Assembly: GCA_965220085.1 (NCBI GenBank) | Contig: CBDCOZ010000003.1 | Location: 1,963,667 to 2,027,666 of the forward strand | Direction: 5' to 3' | Source of the DNA: Candidatus Oxydemutatoraceae bacterium | Lineage (GTDB): Bacteria; Pseudomonadota; Gammaproteobacteria; Poriferisulfidales; Oxydemutatoraceae | DNA length: 64,000 bases | Shown here: piece by piece, positions 30,695 to 39,763 of the stretch | Layout of the letters: each line of letters opens with the position of its first letter | How positions within the stretch are numbered: the first letter of the stretch is position 1 | Program-made: the position numbers and the translations under genes | Notes under the pieces: model-generated | Databases searched by the model: none | What the model saw: only the letters and a program-made list of their open reading frames with translations | Told to the model about the DNA's origin: nothing

Positions 30695-31440
30695 ACCGCC
30701 TTATGCGAACCGCCGACCTGTTAATCCATGCGCACCGAGTCCTGCCGATTAATCCGGCAAACACGGTGTTGAATGCCCACAGCGTGGCGGTAAGCGCCGG
30801 CAGGATTGCCGCCGTGATGCCGAGCGCTGATGCGCGTCGCAACTGGCTGGCGGCGTTGCACAAACTGAAGCGAACCGCCTTATGCGAACCGCCGACCTGT
30901 TAATCCATGCGCACCGAGCCCTGCCGATCCGCCCGGCAAACACGGTGTTGAATGCCCACAGCGTAGCGGTGCGCGATGGCCGGATTGCCGCCGTGATGCC
31001 GAGCGCCGATGCGCGTCGCAACTGGCTGGCGGCGTTGCGCAAACTGAAGCGAACCGCCTTATGCGAACCGCCGACCTGTTAATCCATGCGCACCGAGTCC
31101 TGCCGATCCGCCCGGCAAACACGGTGTTGAATGCCCACAGCGTAGCGGTGCGCGATGGCCGGATTGCTGCTGTGATGCCGAGCGCTGACGCGCGCCGCAA
31201 CTGGCTGGCGGCGTTGCGCAAACTGAAGCGAACCGCCTTATGCAAACCGCCGACCTGTTAATCCATGCGCACCGAGTCCTGCCGATCCGCCCGGCAAACA
31301 CGGTGTTGAATGCCCACAGCGTAGCGGTGCGCGATGGCCGGATTGCCGCTGTGATGCCGCCCGCTGACGCGCGCCGCAACTGGCGGCGTTGCACAAACTG
31401 AAGCGAACCGCCTTATGCGAACCGCCGACCTGTTAATCCA
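30666..31440 (+). repeat. 179-bp tandem array of about 5 copies: the batD 3' end plus the first ~150 nt of mtaD
   Basis: ATGCGAACCGCCGACCTG recurs at 30703, 30882, 31061, 31240 and 31415. The last spacing is 175. Confidence 0.95.
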
Positions 31441-32730
31441 TGCGCACCGAGTCCTGCCGATTAATCCGGCAAACACGGTGTTGAATGCCCACAGCGTAGC
31501 GGTGCGCGATGGCCGGATTGCCGCCGTGATGCCGAGCGCCGACGCGCGTCGCAACTGGCGGGCGCAACAGTCTGTTGACTTGCCGAGCCATGTCCTGATG
31601 CCGGGGTTGGTAAACGCGCATACGCATACGCCGATGAGTTTGTTGCGCGGCTTCGCCGATGATATGCCGCTGATGTCGTGGTTGCGCGATTACATCTGGC
31701 CGGCGGAACGGCGCTGGGTCAGCCGCGAATTCGTGCGCGCCGGATCGCACCTCGCTTATGCCGAACTTTTGCGCGGCGGGGTGACGTGCTTTAACGATAT
31801 GTACTTCTTTCCGCAGGTCAGCGCGCAACTTGCCGACGAGACGGGCATCCGCGCCTGTATCGGCATGCTGGTGATGGATCTCGCAACCGCCTACGCCGAC
31901 AATCCGGAGCAGTATCTGGAGAAAGGGCTTGAATTGCGCGCACAATTTCATGATCACCCGACCGTGCATCCGGTGTTGGCGCCGCACGCGCCTTATACGG
32001 TGTCCGATGAATACCTGCGGCGCATCGCCGCGCTCGGCGACGAACTCGACTTGCAAATTTGCATGCACCTGCACGAGACTGCGCAAGAGATAGAAGACTC
32101 CCTCAAGCAATATGGCAGTCGTCCGTTGCGGCGGGTGGCCGCGCTCGGCTTATTGTCTTCGCGGTTGCTGGCGGTGCACGCGGCGCACTTGCAAGACGAT
32201 GAAATCCGCGCGCTGGCCGAAGCCGGTGCGGCGGTGATTCACTGCCCCGAATCCAACTTGAAACTGGCCAGCGGTTTTTGTCCGGCGCAAAAGTTAGCGG
32301 ACGCGGGGGGTGTGTCGCACTCGGCACCGACGGCGCGGCCAGCAACAATGATCTTGACATGATCGGAGAAATGCAAACCGCGAGTTTGCTGGCCAAGGGC
32401 GTCGGCAAAGATGCGACCGCGATGCCCGCGCATCGCGCATTGGAAATGGCGACACTGGCCGGCGCGCGCGCGCTCAAACTGGACGACCGTATCGGTTCGG
32501 TTGAAGTCGGCAAAAGCGCGGACTTGATAGCCATAGACCTGAGCGGGGCGGAAGCGAGACCGCTGTATGATATCGCATCGCATCTGGTCTACGCGACCGA
32601 CAGGCGGCAAGTCAGCGATGTCTGGGTGGCCGGGCGGCGGCTGTTGCAGAACCGCACATTGACGACGATTGACATCGACGCGCTCGGCCCGCGAGCGCTT
32701 GAAGGGGAGCGGAAAATCAGCGGCGGATGA
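31415..32730 (+). CDS. mtaD: 5-methylthioadenosine/S-adenosylhomocysteine deaminase (amidohydrolase), with an apparent −1/+2 frameshift at a G6 run (32305–32310)
   Basis: HxH metal motif (VNAHTHTPMSLLRG) in frame 1. …ALGTDGAASNNDLDM…SADLIAIDLS in a second frame starting at 32278. One extra G restores ADAGGCVALGTDG. Confidence 0.8.
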
Positions 32731-33292
32731 CTACGCGCAATCTTCTTCGCGGAACCATGCATTGACGACGATTGACATCGACGCGCTCGGCCCGCGAGCG
32801 CTTGAAGGGGAGCGGAAAATCAGCGGCGGATGACTATCTGCAGTCTTCGTCTTCGCGGAACCATGCATTGACGACAATTGACATCGACGCGCTCGGCCCG
32901 CGAGCGCTTGAAGGGGAGCGGAAAATCAGCGGCGGATGACTACGCGCAGTCTTCTTCGCGGAACCATGCATTGACGACGATTGACATCGACGCGCTCGGC
33001 CCGCGAGCGCGCGCTCAAACTGGATGACCGTATCGGTTCGGTTGAAGTCGGCAAAAGCGCGGACTTGATAGCCACAGACCTGAGCGGAGCGGAAGCGAGA
33101 CCGCTGTACGATATCGCATCGCATCTGGTCTACGCGACCGACAGGCGGCAAGTCAGCGATGTCTGGGTGGCCGGGCGGCGGCTGTTGCGGAACCGCACAT
33201 TGACGACGATTGACATGGACGCGCTCGGCCCGCGAGCGCTTGAAGGGGAGCGGAAAATCAGCGGCGGATGACTACCTGCAGTCTTCGTCTTC
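32437..33292. repeat. Nested duplications of the mtaD 3' end and the convergent PLD-gene 3' end (~92-bp units and a ~280-bp segment repeated)
   Basis: TTGACGACGATTGACATCGACGCGCTCGGCCCGCGAGCGCTTGAAGGGGAGCGGAAAATCAGCGGCGGATGACTAC occurs 4 times. 32440–32730 is about the same as 33010–33290. Confidence 0.85.
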
Positions 33293-34684
33293 GCGATCCT
33301 TTTTCTTGTCAAAATCGTTATCTATGCCGTCGCTACAAGAGTCGCGCGAGAACTCTGATTCCGGCGGCGGATTGCCGTGGAGCCATTCGCCGGGAATCGA
33401 TTCCCACAACTCGTTAAAAAAGGCGGTCAGGCAGGCGGCCTTTGCCGACGCATCCAAAAGAATAATGGTATTCTCATCGTTATACCTCTCCCCCGCGTTA
33501 GTCCAATTCATGGAACCGATGATGATGTGTTTGTTGTCGATGATCGCGGTCTTCGCGTGCATCTTCCCGCCCCACGACTCAACCTTGAGTTTGACATCGT
33601 GATTGCGCAGGTATTCGTGCTTGCTGTAAGAGTTCTTTGCGGCCGTCGCATCCAGTATCACCCGCACTCGCACGCCTCTTTCTTGCGCAAAACGCAGCTC
33701 CTTCGCAACTTCTTTGTGGGTCAGGTAGAAAATCATCACGTCGATGGATTCCTTCGCCCCGTGAATCAGCCCGAGCACACGGCTCATCGCAGGAGACTGC
33801 GGTGAGAAATACAACTGCAAATTCTGCGCGCCGACCTTGGCCGTCAAGTGTTGCGTTTTATAGCGCGCCTTGTTGCGATGATATCTGCCGCCAAACATCT
33901 GATTAAACTCGCCGGCATAGAAATCCGCGACTTCTTCCGAGTCAATCACGATGACGGTGTTCGCGTTGTAACCCCCGATTCCAGTATCGCTCACGTTCGC
34001 CGAGCCCGTCCATACCCAGCGCCCGTCGATGACAAAGAACTTGTTGTGCATCAAATTGCCTCTGAAGTTTATCTTCTTTTTGCTCGCATAACCCCTGCCG
34101 CCGAAACACTGCGTCGGGCCCAGGCTGTCGTCATCGGGCACCTTGCAATAAGGCTTGCTCCTGAGGTCTTTGTCTCTTTTCTCCCGCGCGCGTTGTTTGT
34201 ATTCGTATTTCTTGCGCGCTTCTATGTCCGCCGCGCGGTCATCCCGCACATCCCCCAAGATGTTCTGCAAATAGTCGGTATCGGAATAGTAACTGCCGCC
34301 GTCGGCGTCCCTGTCCACGACGCCTCTGACCCGCACGCCGCGCTTTTCCGCATCGATCAAGGCTTGTACGATCTCTTTCTGCCCGCGTACGCCATACAGC
34401 GCGAAGTCAATGGTGGTTTGCGCATCATCGATCAGCTTTTTCAAAGCCTCGCACATCTCCGTCGTGCAACGGGGGTTCGGGCCTGTCGCCTCCAGCGGCG
34501 ATTGCGTGATGACAGATACGCGCGATTCGGGATGCGAGCACGTTGCCGATGCGGTTTGCGCAACGGCATAGCAGAGCGTTGCCAGCGCGCATATTGTTGC
34601 CACTGCAATGAGAGCCGGTTTCGCACCGGTCAATACACCGGTTAATGTCGTTTTATTCCGCATCGTCAAATAATAAAATAGCAC
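33272..34684 (-). CDS. Secreted phospholipase D-family protein (two HKD motifs)
   Basis: HNKFFVIDGRWVWTGSANVSD and HAKTAIIDNKHIIIGSMNWT. N-terminal signal peptide. Acidic, Cys-containing C-terminal tail. Confidence 0.75.
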   Translation of the reverse strand: MLFYYLTMRNKTTLTGVLTGAKPALIAVATICALATLCYAVAQTASATCSHPESRVSVITQSPLEATGPNPRCTTEMCEALKKLIDDAQTTIDFALYGVRGQKEIVQALIDAEKRGVRVRGVVDRDADGGSYYSDTDYLQNILGDVRDDRAADIEARKKYEYKQRAREKRDKDLRSKPYCKVPDDDSLGPTQCFGGRGYASKKKINFRGNLMHNKFFVIDGRWVWTGSANVSDTGIGGYNANTVIVIDSEEVADFYAGEFNQMFGGRYHRNKARYKTQHLTAKVGAQNLQLYFSPQSPAMSRVLGLIHGAKESIDVMIFYLTHKEVAKELRFAQERGVRVRVILDATAAKNSYSKHEYLRNHDVKLKVESWGGKMHAKTAIIDNKHIIIGSMNWTNAGERYNDENTIILLDASAKAACLTAFFNELWESIPGEWLHGNPPPESEFSRDSCSDGIDNDFDKKKDREDEDCR

Positions 34685-36030
34685 ACACCGGAGATAACGA
34701 ATGCCATCATGAGGTTCAGCGCGAACCCTTCCCTTGCCATCGTTTTGATATCAAACTTCCCCGCCCCATAAACGACTGTATTCGGAGGCGTGGCAACCGG
34801 TAACATGAAAGCGCAACTCGCGCTGATTGCCGCCGGAATCATTATCAGTCTCGGATCAATGCCGGCCCCGACACTGGCTGCCGCCAGGATGGGCATCAAC
34901 AGAGTAGTCGTTGCGGTATTGCTGGTTACTTCGGTAAGGAAAGTGACACCGAGGCAGATGATTAAGATCATCGCAAACACCGGCCACTCTGCCAGTATAG
35001 ACAAATGGGTGCCCAGCACATGACTCAAACCGCTCGCCTGAAATGCCTTGGCGATACAAATCCCCCCGGCGAACAGCAAAATGATTCCCCACGGAATAGA
35101 GCTGGCAGACTCCCAATCCAACAACCGTCCCTTCTTTCCGTCCGGCACCAAACACATCAGCACAACACCCGCCAAAGCGATCGTGCTGTCGCCAATCTGT
35201 GGCGCACCGACCAAGCCGGTCCAGCCGCCGAACGGCGCTTTGCGGAAAATCCATGCGAACACGACCAGCGCAAAGATCAACAACACCCGTCGCTCGGCAA
35301 TCTCCCATGTGCCGACCACAGGCAAATTAATACGCTTCTCAATATGCAAGCCGCGGGTCAGCCAAAATGCTGCCAGCGGTATGCCGAGCAACACGACGGG
35401 CACACCCACTTTCATCCAATCCAGAAAATCCTGACTGGCGCCAAACTGCTCCTGATAAACCGCCATATAAACGACATTAGGCGGTGTCCCGATCGGTGTG
35501 CCAACACCTCCGATACTTGACGCATAGGCGATACCAAGCAGTAATACGGTAGCAAAGCGCGGGTTCTCGGTCGCCGTCACAACCGCCAATACGATCGGCA
35601 ACAGCATCAATACCGTCGCGGTATTGCTCATCCACATGCTCAAAATGGCGGCGGTCGCCATAAAGCCCAGAATGATATTGACCGGCTTGTTGGCGCCGAA
35701 CGCATTGACCATGTACAACGCCAAACGGCGATGGACGCCGCTTTTCTCCACCGAGCGCGACAACATGAACGCGCCCATCATCAGGATGATCAGATGATTG
35801 CCCACCGAACTCGCGGCAACTTTGTAATCCAACACCCCGAACGCCGGGAACAATACCAACGGCACCAACGATGTGACCGGAATCGGCAGGGCTTCCGTCA
35901 CCCACCACACGACGACCAGCGTCGTCACGCCCGCCGTTGCGGCGATAGACCATTCAAGTCCCGATACATCGCAGACCCATATTGCCAATGCTGCCAGAAC
36001 CGGGCCCAGAAAAAGATTAAATTGTTTCAT
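34666..36030 (-). CDS. DASS/SLC13-type anion (sulfate/dicarboxylate) transporter
   Basis: Polytopic membrane protein with ArsB/NhaD-superfamily repeats. Confidence 0.6.
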   Translation of the reverse strand: MKQFNLFLGPVLAALAIWVCDVSGLEWSIAATAGVTTLVVVWWVTEALPIPVTSLVPLVLFPAFGVLDYKVAASSVGNHLIILMMGAFMLSRSVEKSGVHRRLALYMVNAFGANKPVNIILGFMATAAILSMWMSNTATVLMLLPIVLAVVTATENPRFATVLLLGIAYASSIGGVGTPIGTPPNVVYMAVYQEQFGASQDFLDWMKVGVPVVLLGIPLAAFWLTRGLHIEKRINLPVVGTWEIAERRVLLIFALVVFAWIFRKAPFGGWTGLVGAPQIGDSTIALAGVVLMCLVPDGKKGRLLDWESASSIPWGIILLFAGGICIAKAFQASGLSHVLGTHLSILAEWPVFAMILIICLGVTFLTEVTSNTATTTLLMPILAAASVGAGIDPRLIMIPAAISASCAFMLPVATPPNTVVYGAGKFDIKTMAREGFALNLMMAFVISGVCYFII

Positions 36031-36091
36031 AAAATATTTGGCAAGTAATTCTTATGTTGATATTTTAAGGCGCTTTGTGCGCAGGTGTTTG

Positions 36092-37006
36092 TTACTTTGC
36101 CGCTTGATAGGCCTGCTCTATCAAGGTCAAAATATAGGGCAAATCTTCTTGCTTGGCACAAAATACTTGCACATATCCGCCTTGTTGTCCCCCGCTTATG
36201 GAAATCTCCTTTGAAATCTGTTTCGGGTCATGTAATTTTTCCGGTGGAATCCTTAGCACGATTCTTATTTTTTTCTTCCGCAGCTCTATGAATGCAAAGG
36301 TAACTTGTGTTATGTACGAGACATAGTTTTTCCGTACCCTTTCTTCTATGCCATCGTCAAAATCAAGAATCTTTTCTTGTAATGCAAAAAACAGATTTTT
36401 TACCGGCTCATCCGCGGTACTCAAATGGTCATCGAGCGTATAAACCTTTATTTCTTTGCTGACACTCTCAATGGTCGCCTTGTTTTTAGAAGTGGTTTTG
36501 ATCGATTCCTTTGCATCGGATGAAAGCAACTGGTTGTATAAAATTGTGGAATTGTCGTAAGCCCTGACTTCCCACAACTCAATCGCTAAATCCCGGAAGT
36601 TGATGGCATTTTTCTGATAGGTAGTAAACCTTTGCGCCAGAAACAAAACTTTTGACTGCGACCAATCCACATCTTTACGCCCCAACTTCTCCTTGGTCTT
36701 CTCGTTGTATTCCAGAATGAAATCGGCCTTGTTGTTAAGCATTGCGGCGAGGTAGGAAAACCCTTGGTCGATGACACTGGAACTTCTATTCCGCTTGTAC
36801 TCGATGATGACAAAAGAACGGGTCTCTTCATCAAACGCGAGCGTATCGATGCGAAAGCTTTGCACGGGGAATTCCGTGCTGATAAACCGCAAGCCAAAAA
36901 CGGTTTCCAAATTACCCTCGGTTAATCTTTGGATGTCTCTTTCAAGGTCAATACGCTTTTCCTTTATCAGGGACAGCTTCTGTTTTTGTATATTAAAAAT
37001 TGCCAT
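36092..37006 (-). CDS. PD-(D/E)xK nuclease-fold protein of unknown function (NucS/DUF-like core IDTLAFDEETRSFVIIEYKR)
   Basis: D…E.K motif in the typical NucS-like context. Low-GC gene inside the R-M island. Confidence 0.5.
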   Translation of the reverse strand: MAIFNIQKQKLSLIKEKRIDLERDIQRLTEGNLETVFGLRFISTEFPVQSFRIDTLAFDEETRSFVIIEYKRNRSSSVIDQGFSYLAAMLNNKADFILEYNEKTKEKLGRKDVDWSQSKVLFLAQRFTTYQKNAINFRDLAIELWEVRAYDNSTILYNQLLSSDAKESIKTTSKNKATIESVSKEIKVYTLDDHLSTADEPVKNLFFALQEKILDFDDGIEERVRKNYVSYITQVTFAFIELRKKKIRIVLRIPPEKLHDPKQISKEISISGGQQGGYVQVFCAKQEDLPYILTLIEQAYQAAK

Positions 37007-37166
37007 AATTATTTCGCAGTGTGTCAGCCACTATAGAACAAAGACCCAAAGGCTTCCTTGCCGTTGCCTGTGTTGACCCAAGACACCATGTGCATAGCAA
37101 GTTGCGCCTCGTACCTCTCAATTACACTTTCGGTCATGTTCTCTTAAATAAAGCTTTCAATTCTTA

Positions 37167-37934
37167 TTATCTTATTCGTTTCCTAGCGATTTTTACATAC
37201 TCTTTGTCTTGCTCAATTCCAATCCATTCGCGATTGTACTTTTTTGCTACAAAGGCCGTGGTGCCACTTCCCAAAAACGGATCAAGAACTATGTCCCCTT
37301 TTCGGGAACTTGCCAAAATAATACGCTTCAGCATTTCTTCCGGTTTTTGTGTTGGGTGTAATGCACGCCCATTACCACCATGTAAGCGCTCCTTACCCTG
37401 CACAAGCGACAACTCCCAAAGATCACGCATTTGCTTAGGACTCCCATCCTTTTTCTTATCAGGATTTATTTCTTTTATTTTTTCGTAATCAAAAGTCCAA
37501 CCACTTCCTTTTACTGCCCAAACAACAAATTCTGTTGAGTGTGTGAACACTCGTCTTGTCATGTTTGGCATCGCATTTGTTTTATACCAAGTAATGAGGT
37601 TATTCACTTTGAAATCAAGCTGTTTCAAAACAATCATTACTTCTGCAACATTGTGGTAGCTACACGCAACATAAATTGAACCTTTTTCTTTCAGAACCTT
37701 ATCACACGCACCAAGCCACTTTCTTGTAAACTGCAAATATTCTGGCGCTGTCATCTTATCCCACTGCTCATTGACCATGTACCAATCACCACCAGTCTCA
37801 TTTCCTTTCCATTTCAGTCCATTTCCAGACAAGTTGTAAGGTGGGTCTGCAAAAATTAGGTCAATGGAATTCTCATCAACTCTCTTGTTGAGCACATCAA
37901 TACAATTCCCGCTGTAAATAATATTTGTTTTCAT
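37167..37934 (-). CDS. DNA methyltransferase, beta-class (N6-adenine or N4-cytosine)
   Basis: N-terminal DPPY (IFADPPYNL), C-terminal FxGxG-like LDPFLGSGTT. Confidence 0.8.
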   Translation of the reverse strand: MKTNIIYSGNCIDVLNKRVDENSIDLIFADPPYNLSGNGLKWKGNETGGDWYMVNEQWDKMTAPEYLQFTRKWLGACDKVLKEKGSIYVACSYHNVAEVMIVLKQLDFKVNNLITWYKTNAMPNMTRRVFTHSTEFVVWAVKGSGWTFDYEKIKEINPDKKKDGSPKQMRDLWELSLVQGKERLHGGNGRALHPTQKPEEMLKRIILASSRKGDIVLDPFLGSGTTAFVAKKYNREWIGIEQDKEYVKIARKRIR

Positions 37935-37937
37935 ATT

Positions 37938-39761
37938 TTATGTTTGAGGGACAAGACTTGCTTGCCATGCAGAAATCGCACTTGGAATATTTTGTAACCA
38001 CCCATTTGAGTCATTAGATGACCTTGATAAGTCTATGATTTCATCATATAAACGTGAAATTTCTGTATGCCGCAAGAATCTTTTCTGTGATTTCATTTGC
38101 ACTAAAACTTTCAAAATAGAAATAAATTGGTCTATTGAGAGAGGAATAATTTTTTGCGATTGCCCCTCATATTCATACCTTATTGCCATCCAAAAAGTGT
38201 TTATTGTGTCTCTATGTAACTTTGGAGCAATGAACAAGCAATAAGAAGGCTTGTCACCGTATTTTTGTTCAAAGTCACGCAAGTGGCGCATTACTGGCTG
38301 CCCTTCGTTATACCACTGAGTGCGACTACTCAACATCGTGACTTCACAAATTGCATTAAAACTCTCATAGAAACATTCTATATCTGGTGTGTTTGCTGGC
38401 GCGGTAAATGTTGGCTCATTATCATCGCCAACAGGATAATTAGGCTGAATTTTCAATGCATCGTTTAGGGCATATAATCCAAGTGCCGATAGTTTCTCAA
38501 GTAAAATTGGCCTGTCTTTAAAACTAAAAATATTACCCAAATCTTTGATATAAGATTCAATTCGCTTAACCTCCTGAGATTTCTTGTGGCTTTCTTCATC
38601 CTGCAACTCTCGGCGATATTCTCTTAACTCTGAAATATAGTTTTTTAGTTCGGCATTTTGCAGCAATTGGAAATTTTTAATCACAAGGCTTTCTTTTTGC
38701 AAAGCAGATTCATACCCCTGTATTTCCTCAATCAATTTCTCAATAATCTCGACATGTTTTTCTATTGTCTCCCAAGGTAGTTTTGGCTCCGAAATATCAG
38801 AAATATAGGCGAGGCGCTCTTCCTCAGAAGCAAAAGCTTTTGATTGTGCATTATCAAAATCAAGCAAAGAATTGATTTCAACTAATCTCCTCGGTTCTAA
38901 GTCAATGTAAAATCCGCCGCCTCGGATATAAATATATCTTGTACGACGAAAATAACGAATCACATTATCGCCATAATCTTGCAAATTCTTCAACAATTTT
39001 CTTATCTCATTTTTGTTGTCAGTCTCTAAAAACTCACCAGCGAATTGCTTTTCATGGGAATCAAAAACTACGCTTCGTTCCTGTTCTGTTTTGCCTGATA
39101 ACTCATCTCGTAGCGCAATAACCTTTTCTGCGTAAGAGTCAATATCTTGATAATGCACTAAGGTTGGCACAAAAAGAGAAAACTCTTTTTTGCTAATGCC
39201 CTTTGCACTGTTCCCGCGAGCAACTTCTTTTTGATTCACTGCGTTAATCAAATGTAATGTTCCGATAAATGGCTTTATATTGTCATCTACATCAGCTAGA
39301 TTACCTTGGTTACCCTTCCCTGGAACCTGCCATTTCAAGAAACTCCTAAAAAGGAACTCTCCAAAATCCAAGTCGCCTTTCAAAAACAGCCTGCCCCATT
39401 CTGTTATTTTCACCCTCTTATCCTCAATGGCGACCAACCCAATTTTTTTGAGAGGGTTCATTGATTGCCTTCCGCGCATCGCAGGATCCTCATAGCCTTT
39501 TATATTGAAGATTTCTTCTGCTTGTTCAAAAGAGATATCTTTTGACGAATCTTCCATCAGAGCAATCTTGTCTTCGGGAAGATCCTTATAAAATTGTCTT
39601 TGCCCGTAGCCATATGCTCGATTTTGAATCAATAAGATTTGATATCTCTTTTGGCTCTCAGAATTCCATTCGGAATCTTCTAGTTGTTTCAAAACAATCA
39701 AGAACCTTCTCAACCTCTCTGGATTTCGTAGCGTTGTTGTAATTGACCAAGGCTTTTTCAT
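37938..39761 (-). CDS. Type IIS restriction endonuclease, AlwI family (tentative family assignment)
   Basis: N-terminal WSITTTLRNPERL resembles the RE_AlwI family signature as recalled from memory. Size is ~600 aa. Flanked by two MTases. Confidence 0.55.
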   Translation of the reverse strand: MKKPWSITTTLRNPERLRRFLIVLKQLEDSEWNSESQKRYQILLIQNRAYGYGQRQFYKDLPEDKIALMEDSSKDISFEQAEEIFNIKGYEDPAMRGRQSMNPLKKIGLVAIEDKRVKITEWGRLFLKGDLDFGEFLFRSFLKWQVPGKGNQGNLADVDDNIKPFIGTLHLINAVNQKEVARGNSAKGISKKEFSLFVPTLVHYQDIDSYAEKVIALRDELSGKTEQERSVVFDSHEKQFAGEFLETDNKNEIRKLLKNLQDYGDNVIRYFRRTRYIYIRGGGFYIDLEPRRLVEINSLLDFDNAQSKAFASEEERLAYISDISEPKLPWETIEKHVEIIEKLIEEIQGYESALQKESLVIKNFQLLQNAELKNYISELREYRRELQDEESHKKSQEVKRIESYIKDLGNIFSFKDRPILLEKLSALGLYALNDALKIQPNYPVGDDNEPTFTAPANTPDIECFYESFNAICEVTMLSSRTQWYNEGQPVMRHLRDFEQKYGDKPSYCLFIAPKLHRDTINTFWMAIRYEYEGQSQKIIPLSIDQFISILKVLVQMKSQKRFLRHTEISRLYDEIIDLSRSSNDSNGWLQNIPSAISAWQASLVPQT

Positions 39762-39763
39762 AA

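Noticed and set aside
33272-34684. PLD-family gene as DISARM DrmC / part of the defence island
   Set aside because: It has host-like GC, a signal peptide and an acidic Cys tail, and it lies outside the low-GC block with no DrmA/B partners nearby. It is more likely a secreted phospholipase or nuclease.
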